Assembly: GCF_018977255.1 (NCBI RefSeq)
Contig: NW_024704742.1
Location: 29,700,001 to 29,764,000 of the forward strand
Direction: 5' to 3'
DNA: 64,000 bases
Source: Callorhinchus milii
Lineage: Eukaryota
Shown piece after piece: positions 11,076 through 23,234 of the stretch; position 1 is the stretch's first letter, and every line of letters starts with the position of its first letter. The notes beneath the pieces are model-generated. The model searched no databases. It had not been told where the DNA came from and was given only the letters and a program-made list of their open reading frames with translations. The translations under genes were made by a program, and so were the position numbers.

Positions 11076-12687
11076 ATCACAGTCTCCTGGGTGTGATCTC
11101 CTGTCCTATCTGTGGCTGTAACAGTAGAGTTGAACTAAACATTCCCCCTTCCTGCTGAATGTAACTCACACGGTGACTGGAAAGGCTGGGCTCAGTGTCT
11201 CCTGACAGCTGTCTCCAGTTTCAGTTTAAACCAGTAAGATCAGAGGTGTTTATGACTAAATGGCTAGGCAGGCCCAAGCAATCACAGGATTAAAAGCCTC
11301 CAGTTTCATTTCTCGCTCGCTTGCGAGGAAGGAGCTTGAAACTACAAACCCAGCAATGTTCTCCACAGGCCACCTTCCGTTTCCACTGGGAGTGCTGTCC
11401 CAGGTTTGTCCAGTGCACATCAGGCACCTTCCTGTCCCTCAAACCTGCCAATTAAAGGGCTTCATTGCAAGTGCTCCCAGACAGTCATCCGTTAGGAACC
11501 TGGCCAACAATCCTCTGGATAAATTGGTCCTTTAATTCCTGGCTGTCTGTGGGGCCTTGTTGAGCACAAATTGACTACTGCATTTACCTAGACAAACACA
11601 GCAACAACAAATTATATTTATATAGCGTCTTTCATATCGGAAGCATGTCCCAGGCATCACTAAACACAGTCACTACCCTTGACAGCAAATACTTGTAAAT
11701 TGCCTTGAAGCGTTCTGACGTTATAGGCTCCATACCAAATGTATGGATTATTATTATTATGTAACGGTTTGATGCATTCATGACACATGTTTATACTGCA
11801 TGTGAGGCCAGACTCTCGTGCAAATACATTTCCTGCCTCAACGCTACTTTATACAGAAAAATGTCAACAGAATGATACTTGGATTCACATCACTAATAAG
11901 ACAGTAATCTCCTGCTATGTTTGTTTGGGAGCTGCACATCCAAAACCCAGGCAGCTGAGTCTGATCCTGTCCTCACCCCTTGTCCGCACACGGGTACTTT
12001 GAGACGTCTTGGCTTGATAAGCGCTCTATCAAAAGCAAGGATTATTATTATTACTTTTTGCCTGCCAAAAGCAGACAGAAGTTGACAGAAGTTCCGGTAA
12101 AGCGTTTTGAGAATAATATAATTTGAGAAGTTTTGACATGATGGGGTGCGATAAAAAAATGCTAAGTTCTCTATTTTCCAGCAAACGGAAAACACTAAAC
12201 ATAGATTGCGAGCAGGAACCAAGGCTGAAATTTTCTCAGAGTTCCTTAGCTCAGAGTCACTGGGGCATGGTTCCCTTCGGTTTAGCACGCTGCATGAAAC
12301 CCGTCTGTTGACAGCTTGACTCCATCATTAGATCTGCACTGGTTCTCCTGAAGCTAGGGAGTCTTTTTTGGCAAGAGGGGTTGGTGGGGGGGCTGATCAG
12401 TTTATTTTGAGGGGGGATCATTCAGGCCAATCAAATGCCAGTGACAACAGGCAAACTTGGCACCTCATTAGGATTCGATCATTCAATAGTCAGAACAAAT
12501 ACACCTGCGGTGCTGATCTCAGCTATGCAGTGATGGGAGTCTGATACAGGTTTGGTTTAAGATGACTGCCCCAGCGTCCGATTGTTCATTGGATGCTGGG
12601 CAATGAGTGAGACAGTGGCTCATTCGTAAAGGGATTCATAAAGGCAGAATCATGGACGAACCCAGACATGTCTCAGGCTGATCCCCT

Positions 12688-13007
12688 TATAATAATAATA
12701 ATATAATGATTTTTGCTTTTGATATAGCGCCTTAAGATGTTGTTGAGATGCTTCAAAGTGCTTCACAGGATATACTGCAAAGTGAATTAATTTAATGTGA
12801 GCAAAAGACGGCAGCGCATCGCAGTGTCTCACAAACAGTTGTGGATTGAGTGACCAAANTTTTTTTGAGGGATTATTACTGCCAGAATGCAATCGACTAA
12901 CAAACGGGGTCCTACTTAAAATTGCCTAAGGTTTCACCCCAACCTGGAATCGAACCCTAGTCCCTTCGCTTGCGAGGCGAGCGGGCTAACCACTACACTA
13001 CGGGAGT
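12688..13007 (-). mobile_element. tRNA-derived SINE, long subfamily
   Basis: (AAT)n tail at 12688 and head ggaatcgaaccc...ttgcgaggcgagcgggctaaccactacactacggga. Confidence 0.8.
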
Positions 13008-15699
13008 TAAACTCTGCTCTCTGGCCAGCACTGGGCGCCTCCCTTGGCCACATCGGGGAATGAGATCAGCATCAGAGCAAATTGCCAGTGAGTTAAAACC
13101 CACAGGATTCTATGCCTAGAAACTCTTTTATGAATCGCTGCATACTGGAGCTCAGCAGATGACCTGGGACAACGTGAAGGTAAGGGACAGCACCCTCCCT
13201 CCCTCCACCACAGTCATGGCTGTAAATGAGCACGTGTGTTCTTGTTTCTTACTACAGCACAAGGACAAACCAGAGTCTTGAGTTCTCAGTAACTTCAAGC
13301 ATGACATTTGCGTCAAGTGTACTGTGCAGCGAACCACAGGCACATGTTAGCATGTATTTATAAACTGCAACAGGCCACGGGACTGAGCCAATTCATTTAT
13401 TGAATTGAAGGCAGCCAGCAAGATGTTCTTTCCAATATGACAAGTAACATGGAAAGGCGCGAGTGAGGCACAATTGCAATGTAACTTCAGTCACATATAA
13501 CTGCCCATTATATTGAAAAGTGTGTCCAATTACAGTATTACAGAGATTTCCTTAATATTTGATCCTGTTTTATTTTTGACACGCAATAAATGGTGGGAAA
13601 GGAGCGAACTGCACAAAATCTTTTGGCAAATCACCTCTTTACATCAATATAATTCAGCTTAGAAAGAAGCACGGGAAATCGTTGGTGCAAAGTCAGAGAT
13701 GATTTGTAAATGGACCATTTTAACGTGTCACCGTTCAATCGCGGGGTGTTTATGATAAATGTTTCAGATCGATGCTGGCTTTAGGCTTTACTTCCTGCTT
13801 CCCAGAAAATAATGGTCTGGTGAAGAGAAAAGTGACACTGAGACCCTCAAGTGGAATGAGGGGCTGACAGTGAGAGAGCCAGGAATGGCAACTAGGAGTG
13901 TGAGTGTTCTGTGAGTGTTCTGCAGTACCAAGATTTCACCCAATCTTTGTATAATAAATGCGAATGCAATCTTTGTGCAACCATCCTCCGCATCCCACAC
14001 ACATCCCCACACACAATCCCCCACCACACATGATAATACCTGCATTTGATATAGCACCTCATCACATCTTTGCAATATCTCAAAGCGCTTCATACATTAT
14101 GCTGTAAAGTGAATTGACTATGTTTTGTGGGCAAAACGCGGCAGACATACAACCCACTGCCCAGCCCCCACCCAGCTTCACAACCCTCTGCTCCCCCACA
14201 AAACCACCCTGCCCAATATAATCATAAACAACTTCCCTGCCCCCCCCAACACTCACCAACCCCCTGCCCCACCTCCTGACCCCTACCACACACACAAACA
14301 CAACCCCACCCTACCTTTCGCAACATGGAAAAAAAAGTTTAATCTTCAAACAAAGAAGCGAAAGAGAGAAATTAAAACATTTATAATAATCTTTGCATTT
14401 GGTAAGAGCACCCATGACATTGGGAGGAGGTCTCATGGGATTTACTGTGAAGTGTAGTGACGAAGAATTGTGTAGGCAAACATAGTCATTAGATTTTAGC
14501 ATCATTGCCTAGCTCTGTCTAAAACATACAGAAAACTAATGTTTTCTGAAAAGAATTGAACCAAGAATACTGCATTCAGCTACAGCTGAATTCCACTGAC
14601 ATTATTTTACAGTACATTTGCCCAAGTGATTATCATATTAAATAAATACTGAGAGCTAAGAATCAGTGAGCTAAGTGTATATTTTGGAATATATATACAC
14701 ACACACATACACCCGCACACACACACACATGCAAGATTTCCTATTTATCTTATGTTAGAGGTTACAAAATTCACTCAAAGGAACTCCCACTTGTTTGGGA
14801 AAAAAGCGATGTTTACACACATAGAGCCAGTCAAGCTCAGCCCTGTTGTTTGAACAACCGCTCACTCCTGTTGACAGAGAAACCACGTGACTCCAGGTTA
14901 ACAAACTACACTTGTGCCTGACACGCCACCTTTGAACCCAGGCACTTTAGGTGTACATGTCTCTGTCCTGCTCACCACTGAGGGAAATGGTGGGAGATGT
15001 TAGCTCTGAGGTTGACATTGCCCTGGCTGCCAAATACAGAAGAGCCCATCTGCCTACAATGATCATACTTCATGCAAACCCACATTTTATAACATTTTAT
15101 AACATCCTCCACATTACCCCCCCCCCCCCCCCTCATTAAAGAGAAACAAACTATTTCACAGAACAGGATCTTCACAACACAACCTATGACCCAACATTTA
15201 ACTCTTGAATCATGTCCGTCAAAAATCAATCATATTGTTACACAATCCAGTCCCTCGTTGGTTCTGCTGACTGCGCTCCTATTAGGTGTGTATTGCCAGA
15301 AGATGTGAAATGATCCATTAAAACAATAATAAAATTGCTTGCATTTGATACAGCGCCTTGAAATGGGTGAAAGCACTTCACCCAACCAGTTACTTTGAAG
15401 CGTAGTGAGTGCTGCTACATGGGCAGATGAGGCAGCCAGTCAACAGCATATCACAAACAGCAAGGAGAAGGACAACCACATTCATGTACCTGGATCAGAC
15501 AAGAATATTAGTCAGGGCAGCAGGAGAATCTTATGCTCTTCTTCTTCGAGAGAAAGAGAGCTCATGAAATTTTCAATTCCCCTCAAGCCACCTGAACAGG
15601 GACATGGGCTCTCAGTTTAGTGTCTCGTCTGAACAATGGTTCTGGACAAACTGCAGCTTTCTCCATAACCACTTTCCTTCTTGATTTATCATTTATTGT

Positions 15700-16019
15700 G
15701 GAGTCCTGTAGCTCAGTGGTTAGAGCACTCGCTTTGCAAGCGAGAGACCTGAGTTCAATTTCAGGCAGAGCGAAACCTTGGGCAAGTTTCCTTACTCCAC
15801 ACACCTAATAATAATCCCTCCAAAACCCAAAACAATAATAAATTGGTCATTTTCAATCTACGACTGTTTGTGGGACACTGCTGTGTGCAATTGGCCGCCG
15901 CGTTCACCCACAAATATACAGTCAATTCACTTTACAATGTGTTCTGTGAAGCACTTTGGGACATCCTCCCGACATGAAAAGCGCTATATCAAATGCAAGG
16001 ATTATTATTATTATTATTA
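15700..16019 (+). mobile_element. Young tRNA(Ala)-like SINE, short subfamily, full length
   Basis: GGAGTCCTGTAGCTCAGTGGTTAGAGCACTCGCTTTGCAAGCGAGAGACCTGAGTTCAATT head, Deu-type body, L2-like tail GCGCTATATCAAATGCAAGG(ATT)n. Closely matches 43106-43424 and 59971-60295. Confidence 0.92.
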
Positions 16020-16091
16020 ATTTTGGGGGATCACAACTGAGGCAGAGAATCATGAATTAGCTGGTGGTTCATAACAGTAACAAAATAATAT

Positions 16092-16494
16092 TAATAATAA
16101 TCCTTACATTTGATATAGCGGCTTTCATTTTGGGTGGACATCTGAAAATGCTTCACAGGAGCTTTACTGTAAATTATAGTGACTGTCTATTTTGTAGGCA
16201 AATGCAGCATTTATGCACGATGGAACCCCACAAACAGCTGTGAAGTGATTGACCAATTTTATTTGAAGAAATTGTTGGCCAGAACGAAGGGAGAAACTCC
16301 CTTCTCTTTTTGAATAGTGCCATGGGATCTTTAATGTCCACCTGAAGGTGGAGCCTCAGCTTTAACCTCTCACCCCTAGGCACTGCATTGGAGTGTCAGT
16401 CTCAACTGTGAGTTCAAAGTCCCAACGTGGAGCTTGAGCCCACAAATATCTAACTCACAGGCGAGAGTGCTGCCAAGTCAGCCAAGCTGACACT
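16092..16494 (-). mobile_element. SacSINE1/Deu-like SINE, near full length
   Basis: Tail, Deu core (gtgccatgggatctttaatgtccacctga) and head (gagagtgctgccaagtcagccaagctgacac) in reverse orientation. Confidence 0.8.
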
Positions 16495-17639
16495 GTGAAT
16501 TACTCCCAATGCAGTGCTTGGGGTGTGCTACATTGTTGGGAGGTGCCAGCCTTTGAATGAGATGTTAAACCAAACTCCCGATTGCCTGTTCAGGTGGACG
16601 TTAAAAGACAACTATCCCCCAATTGAAACCGGTTATTTCAAATCATGGCTTTAATGCCACGCCAGCCCGCCCAACACACAGTCACACCACTTTACAGTAA
16701 ATCCTCTGATGCATTTAGAGAAGTCTCAATGACGCGATCACAGGCGCTATAATAAATGGAAGGATTATGAATATATAATAATCCTTGCATTTGATACAGC
16801 GCCTTTTCATATTGTTGAGACGTCTCAAAGCACTTCACAGAATGTAAAGTGAATTGACTGCATATTTTGTGGCCAAAACACGGCAGCCAACTGCACACAG
16901 TAGTGTCCCGCAAACAGTCGTGGACTGAGTGACCAATTTTTAAAAAAAATGTACTGTAAGTGTGTATATGTGTGCGTGGGGGTGGGGGGTGAGAAGATAG
17001 GGTATCATGATGTCCCCAGTCCAGCAGTAGTGACTGAATGCATGTTCACGTGCAGTCTAAGGATACAAGCATGTGTTTGTAATGTGGATAAGCAGCTGGA
17101 CATCTTCCGAATGAACCCATCCAGCAAAGCAGAAGGAAGAGCAAACCAGCCTGTCTGGACCACTGTTCCCTGCACTGGAGACTTCAGGATGACGGACGTG
17201 CTCACAGGAAAGCAGCGACCCCTGTGAGCTCCCTACACAACACAGTTTGAACCAAATCTCATCTCCCGCCAGCACCACTCCCCATGCCCACTGCTGCACT
17301 AACAGGACAGAGCATTGCGCTGGGTTAATGCACTCACTGTCACCTCGATCGAGCTTGACTGCCTGAGTAAATGGGACCAGAGACCCGTTTTCATTTGTGT
17401 TTCTTGTAGATCAAATTAACCTTTTGAGTACTAAGTGGCTTACTTTATACTGGGATTGATTTTCCATCAGTTGATCCTGCTATGAACAATACGCTCCCTT
17501 GGACAGCACAGTGGATGAATGGCCGATTCCTCACAGTCCAATTAGCACAGGCAGCGGGAGGGTGACTTTGACAGCAATTCAGGCAGCAGAGAGCGGCTCA
17601 ACACAAGCACAGACTCTGTCATTGGCCCCACATTGGAAT

Positions 17640-17920
17640 CTCTGTCACAATTGCACCAGCGAGTTGTGAGATGAAAAGGCCAATTTATTTGGAGGACTGG
17701 CAGCCCGGACACTGGGAGAAACTCCCCTCTCGTAGTGTCAAGGGATCTTTAAGATCCTCCTGAAAGACAGTTTTATGTCCCATGTGAAGGACAGCACCTC
17801 CGGCAATGCAGCCCACCACCTAATATAACACTGGAGTGTCAACCTTAACTCTGAGTTCAAGGGCTTGAACCCACAACCTTCTGACCCGGAGGAAAGAGCG
17901 CTACCAACTGAGCCAAGCTC
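17640..17920 (-). mobile_element. SacSINE1/Deu-like SINE fragment
   Basis: gacagcacctccggcaatgcagc...ggcttgaacccacaaccttctgac...ctaccaactgagccaagct. Confidence 0.75.
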
Positions 17921-17950
17921 ATACCACATATAGAATTGTTTAAGTGCTGC

Positions 17951-18155
17951 TGTGTTTTTCTCAGTGAGGTCTCCCAGTGTGTGAATCACTCGTCTGTCTG
18001 TGAGAGTGACTCTGCTGCATTCGTGACAACAGCTGCAGGCTGCGTTGCACGGCTGGAGACCGTATTGGAATGATTCATGTGAAGGAATCGGATCCTTTTA
18101 CACCAATTGACTTGTCAGTTTATCACATTCAGCCTTGACCAATGAGCGCTCTGTG
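17951..18155 (+). repeat. Left arm of 205-bp long-range inverted repeat
   Basis: Manual alignment to the reverse complement of 27347-27551: 200/205 identical, no gaps. Confidence 0.95.
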
Positions 18156-18304
18156 TGTTCATATCTAGCTCTGTATGCATATAAGTGTGTTTGTAAATTA
18201 TGTGTATTTGCAATGTGTAGAAATGTATACTTATGTGTGTTGTGTGTATATAACGCATGTGCACATATGTGTAATGCGAATAGAATGAGTGTGTGTGTGT
18301 GTGT

Positions 18305-18717
18305 GTAGGATAGAGTTCAAAATCCTTGTCCTCGCCTTCAAAGCCCTCCACCGCCTTGTTCTTCCCTACCTCTGTGACTTGCTAACTCCATATCGACCTG
18401 TCCGCTCCCTCCACTCAGTAGGCTTCCAGCCTGCTCTATGTCCCCCAGCTTGCCCGCCCCATTATCGGTAGTCTGGCCTTCAACCTCTCTGCCCCCACCC
18501 TTTGGAACTTCATCCCACCGTCCCTCTGCCTCGCTCCCTCCCTTGCCTTCCTCAAGCCCCTCCTCTTCGACAGCACCTTCGGTCACCCTTCTACCCTTCC
18601 TGCCTCCAACCCTCCTGATCCCATCTCCCTGCTTGGGTCCAAATCCCAGAAAGTCTTGCGTCTTGGGACATGCTCTCCACGTGAAAGGTGCTATACAAAT
18701 GTAAGTTGTTGTTATTA
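18305..18717 (+). mobile_element. L2 LINE 3' fragment (ORF2 C-terminus plus 3' UTR)
   Basis: Encodes RIEFKILVLAFKALHRLVLPYLCDLL, the typical L2 ORF2 end; finishes cgtgaaaggtgctatacaaatgtaag(TTG)n. Confidence 0.88.
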
Positions 18718-20057
18718 TGTGTGTGTAAAATGTGTATGTGTTTTGTGTCTGTGTGTTTATGTTTGTTTTAGTTGCCAAGGAGAGGCTAAGCAGGAAGAAC
18801 AACACATCCCAGGCAATTCTCACACACCTCTCAACAGCAGTGTATGGAGGAAGCTTATCCTCTATCCTGAGGTGGGCAGGCAGCTGTCAGGAAAATACTG
18901 TACAACTTGGTCTGTTCCCAAATTGCTTTTCACATCCATGAACATGTGGCCTCTTGTACGTTTACCTTGACAATCTGAAAGCATTGTCCCAGATTTATCT
19001 TGTATACCCCACTGAAGTATCTTATATACCATTTTTCCAGCTCAAGAGCTTCAACATATCTAATTGTTAAGGTGGATTAATAGTTGAAATGGGTTAAATA
19101 ATGGAGAATACGTCTGAGGTATTCAGTATGCTCAAATACATTATTTTCTGAAAAGCTCTGGTTTTGAAAAAAAACTCATAAAATTGTTACCAGAGATACA
19201 AGCGCTTTGGGACATCCTCCCGACGTGAAAAGCGCTATATCAAATGCAAGGATTATTATTATTATTATATTCAACAGTTAAATCCAAGTTTAACTGCACA
19301 GTTGAAACCATTGCTTTTTTAAACGTACACTTGCCTGATCCAGGGATAAACCTATTGCTTACAGTGGGGATAAAGAGCAGTCAGTACAGGTTGCATTGAA
19401 AGGGAACATAATGGAACCAGCACAAGAAGAGCAAGAAAGGACCTGATGGGAGAGAGCAGTACAATACAATTCACATTTATGGAGTGCGTTGCGTGTCAGG
19501 AGAACGTCTCGGAGCACTTAACACAGCTGGTTGGGCACCTGAGCTGGGGGTGGGAGTCAAAGGTGGTGGGGAAGGAGAGGGCCGTGAAAGGTGTATGTCT
19601 TGAGATGGATCTTGAATAAGATGAGGAAGGGAACAAGTCAGAGAGAGTGGGGACAGAACAGCTGAAAGCCCACCCACGTGCAACTATGTTCTTTTCAATA
19701 GCCATCGACTCCTCCTGGTGCGTGTAGTCTGTCACCTTTGAATGGGCAGAGCATCACTAGCTGCAGAACCAAGCAGCACGGCCTCGATCCCTTCGCTAAT
19801 TGGAGACTGTTCAAACCCGTCGTATTTCCACTGGTGTCACCGACTGCTTGGTAAACATGGCTGGTGAAACTGAACTCCCATCTAATAAAGGTCTCAGTGC
19901 GGGGAGGCAATTACTGCTGCTCCCAGGTGTACCATAAAAGCTTGAGGGTAAGGAAGAAGATGAAGAGAAAGCTGGTTGAAAAGCTGAAGACGAAAATCTG
20001 ATCCTGGTCTGGTGTCAGACACAGGCTGAAAGGCTTAGTTAATATCGAGACTTTAGA

Positions 20058-20392
20058 GGATTCCCGTAGAGTGGTGGTCAGCGCGCTTGCCTTGCAAGTG
20101 AGAGGACCCGGGTTTGATTCCCGGGCAGGGCGAAACCTTAGACAAGTTTCCTTACTCCACACGCCTCTGTTTACCTAGTAGTAAGTAAGAACCCGGTTGT
20201 TAGTCGATTGGTGGATTGCTTTCCCGGGATAATAATCCCTCCACGACTGTTTGTGGGACACTGCTGTGCGCAATTAGCTGCCATGTTTCGCCCACAAAAT
20301 ATAATCAATTCACTTTACAGTATATTCTGTGAAGTGCTTTGAGATGTCTCGAAGACACAATAAGGTGCAATATCAAATGCAAGAATTATTAT
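20058..20392 (+). mobile_element. tRNA(Ala)-like SINE, long subfamily, full length
   Basis: GGATTCCCGTAGAGTGGTGGTCAGCGCGCTTGCCTTGCAAGTGAGAGGACCCGGGTTTGATTCCCGG head, GCCTCTGTTTACCTAGTAGTAAG segment, Deu-type 3' part and tail. Confidence 0.9.
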
Positions 20393-22946
20393 GTCAGCTC
20401 AACTGAGTCAGGCTGAGTCAGTCCTAGGCCTACTGTTGGACTATCTCATGAGTGCCTCCCAGCTTCACACTTGGTGTAAGAATCTAGCTTTTTTTTTTAA
20501 AACAGCGCAGAAGAAGGCCATTCGGCCCATGTTGTCTTACTTACTTACAGAGGCGTCAGTTCCTCTGAATCTCCAGGCTTGCTACCGAATTTCCCCGTGG
20601 TCCCTACATCCGGAATAGTGCTGGTAAAGGAATATTTCCTGGTGTCTTTGTTAAAATTGTCTCTATAAGCATTAAATCTGTGTTGTTACCTTGGGATACC
20701 TGAATGACGTCTTGTTTCAGGTTAACTTTCCATATACCAATAACGCATCTTATTTATACCTCTGTTAGGTCCCCTCTTCTCAAGGCTAAAGAGCACTGTG
20801 TATCTCACTCTTATATTAGGTTAGTGATTGTTGGGTTAGTGGTTGAAGGGTTAGTAGCAGTCACTATATTCAACGGTATCCCTGGCTGAAGCTGTGCTGT
20901 AGCACCTGCTGCTAAAGCATGGAAAGAACCAGGGTCTCATTCAGGCTAGGAATCCTTTGGTATAGACGAGCAGGGAGAGTGCACGGATCCACCGGGACTG
21001 TTTAACCAGCGGCTGGTGATGGACTTGCAACTCTGGTAAATCTGACTCACAAGATGGGATTTTGCCGGATTATGATGTGTCGAACAAGCCGAAACACAGT
21101 GACAAACACAAAGAGTTTCCCTAAAACTCTGAGCGTGTAGGCGGTGGCCGAGCACTCCACAATGTAGCACCTGCGATTTCAAAGGAAGGTCTTTCCATCA
21201 GAGTCCGGCTCGCTGCCTGTCCAGGCTGTGTGCTGGCTGCGCTGCCTGCCGCTGGCTGCACTGCCTGTGTTCTGTCTGTGTGCTAATTGATCCTACTGCA
21301 GCAGCCATGGTGGCCAGCACTATCAATCAGCACTTCCAACAAGCAGCACACAAAGGTCTAAAGTCCCATCACTGCCTTCAAACACATTGCCTCTTAGCAG
21401 GTAGGATGTGCCAGTCCTTTGGATGGTAAATACAGACACAGCACCATTTCATTGAGCTCTTCGTCACACACACACACACACACAGACACGTACACACTGT
21501 ATGTATCGCACAACCCCTTCGGAATGGACACTGAGATTCGGTCTGCCTGTTCAGGTGGATGTTAAGGAGCCCATGGCAATAACGACAACAAGGTTACATT
21601 TGTATAGCGCCTTTCATGTCGGGAGGACGTCCCAACGTGAAAGGCACTACTCAAAAAGAGAAGGGAATTTCTTCTCGAGTCCTGGTCAACAATCCCCCAA
21701 ACAAAAATTGGTCATTTGTTTCAAAGCTGTTTGTGGGGCATTGCTGTGTGCAATTGCGCTGCCGTGTTCACCTACGAATAGTCACTCCAATTTATGGTAA
21801 ATCCTGTGAAGAGCATTGAGACATCTCTGAGACATGATAAGATGCAATAACAAATGCAAGGATTATTATTACTATTATTACCCCCATACACTCCCAACAC
21901 ACATACCCTCGCCCCACCACACACACAGAAAGAAACACACACATATGTAGTTGCACCCCTCACACACAAGCTAGCTAGCGAGGGTCACCAGCCGGGGACC
22001 AGCAGCCAACATCTTAAGGTGATGCTTCCTCCCGCTGGGCTCGGGTGCTGAGCCTTGGGAACCCCAGTTCCGTGAGGCTGAGATCAGCAAAAACAAACCA
22101 GGGATCATGATTACCTCCAAACTCGCTGAACGAGCCATCGCAGAAGGCCACTGTGTTTTAGCAACTCCCAGGAAGCAAATGAGCATATCAAGTTGACTCA
22201 TCTCCTGGTTAATCTCCCAACTCTCTCTCCCACAAGTCACACATCTCCTGTTTTCACTTCCTCTCAATGAGCTGAACAACAACAACAACAAAATTACATT
22301 TGTATAGGGCCTTTCACATCGGGAGGACGTCCCAAGGTGCTGGACAGACAGAGTTACGGACCCGAGCTGAGGATCAGGAATTGGCAGGAGGGCGAGTACA
22401 GAAGGGAGAGACTGCGGTCATCTGTATGCCCCGAGGCACAGTGCCCCATTTTGTCCCTCAACACACTTTGTAAGCCTGGCAGATGTGAAAGGGATGGGCT
22501 GATAGCAAACTACAGTACCACAGTGCGAGACTCGACATGAGGAGCACAGAGCGTTTTGTGAATGAAGATTATGCACTGTGACCCACTCAGAAAACTAGAG
22601 ATCAAGCAAAGTAAAGCATCAGAGGGGTAGTAACTGCAGATAGAGCCTTAGATATGACCAGACCCAATAAAGTAAGGACGGTGTTAGTAGTCACGACTCT
22701 CCACTCCTGTATATTTAGGATCTTGGTTGGTTTGCCGGTGGATTCTCGTCTTGAATTCTATTCTGATGCTACCAAAGTCAGTGTATGCGCCACTGTGTAA
22801 TTGTAGGTGACTGAGAGCTGGTTGAAAAGATGCATTTTTAGATGGGTTTTGATAAGAGGGAAAGTAGGTGGGAGGGTGCAAGTTGGAGCGATTTTGGAAG
22901 CGAGTCCCAGAGAGAGGGGGCAAAGTGGCTGAAATCTTGGCTGCTA

Positions 22947-23234
22947 AACCAGAGGACACAGATTTAAGATAGTTGTCAAAAGAACTAGAAGGGAGATGAG
23001 CAGAAATTGTTTCACACAGCGAGTTGTTCGGATCTGGAATGCATGGCCTGAAAGGGTGGTGGAAGCAGATTCAATAACAACTTTCAAGAGAGAAGTGAAT
23101 AGATATTTGAGCAGGACAAATCTGAAAAGGCTACAGGGAAAGAGCGGGGCAGTGGAATTGATTTGGACAGTTCTTTCAAAGAACCAGCACGGGCATGATA
23201 GGCCAAATGGCCTCCTTCTGTGCTGTATAATTCT
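22947..23234 (+). mobile_element. CR1 LINE 3' end (ORF2 C-terminus plus 3' UTR)
   Basis: TRGHRFK...RNCFTQRVVRIWNAWPERVVEADSITTFKREVNRYL, then ggccaaatggcctccttctgtgctgtataattcta. Confidence 0.9.

Noticed and set aside
15700..15770. tRNA-Ala(TGC) gene
   Set aside because: It is the head of a multi-copy SINE; the acceptor stem is not intact and it continues into SINE body and tail.
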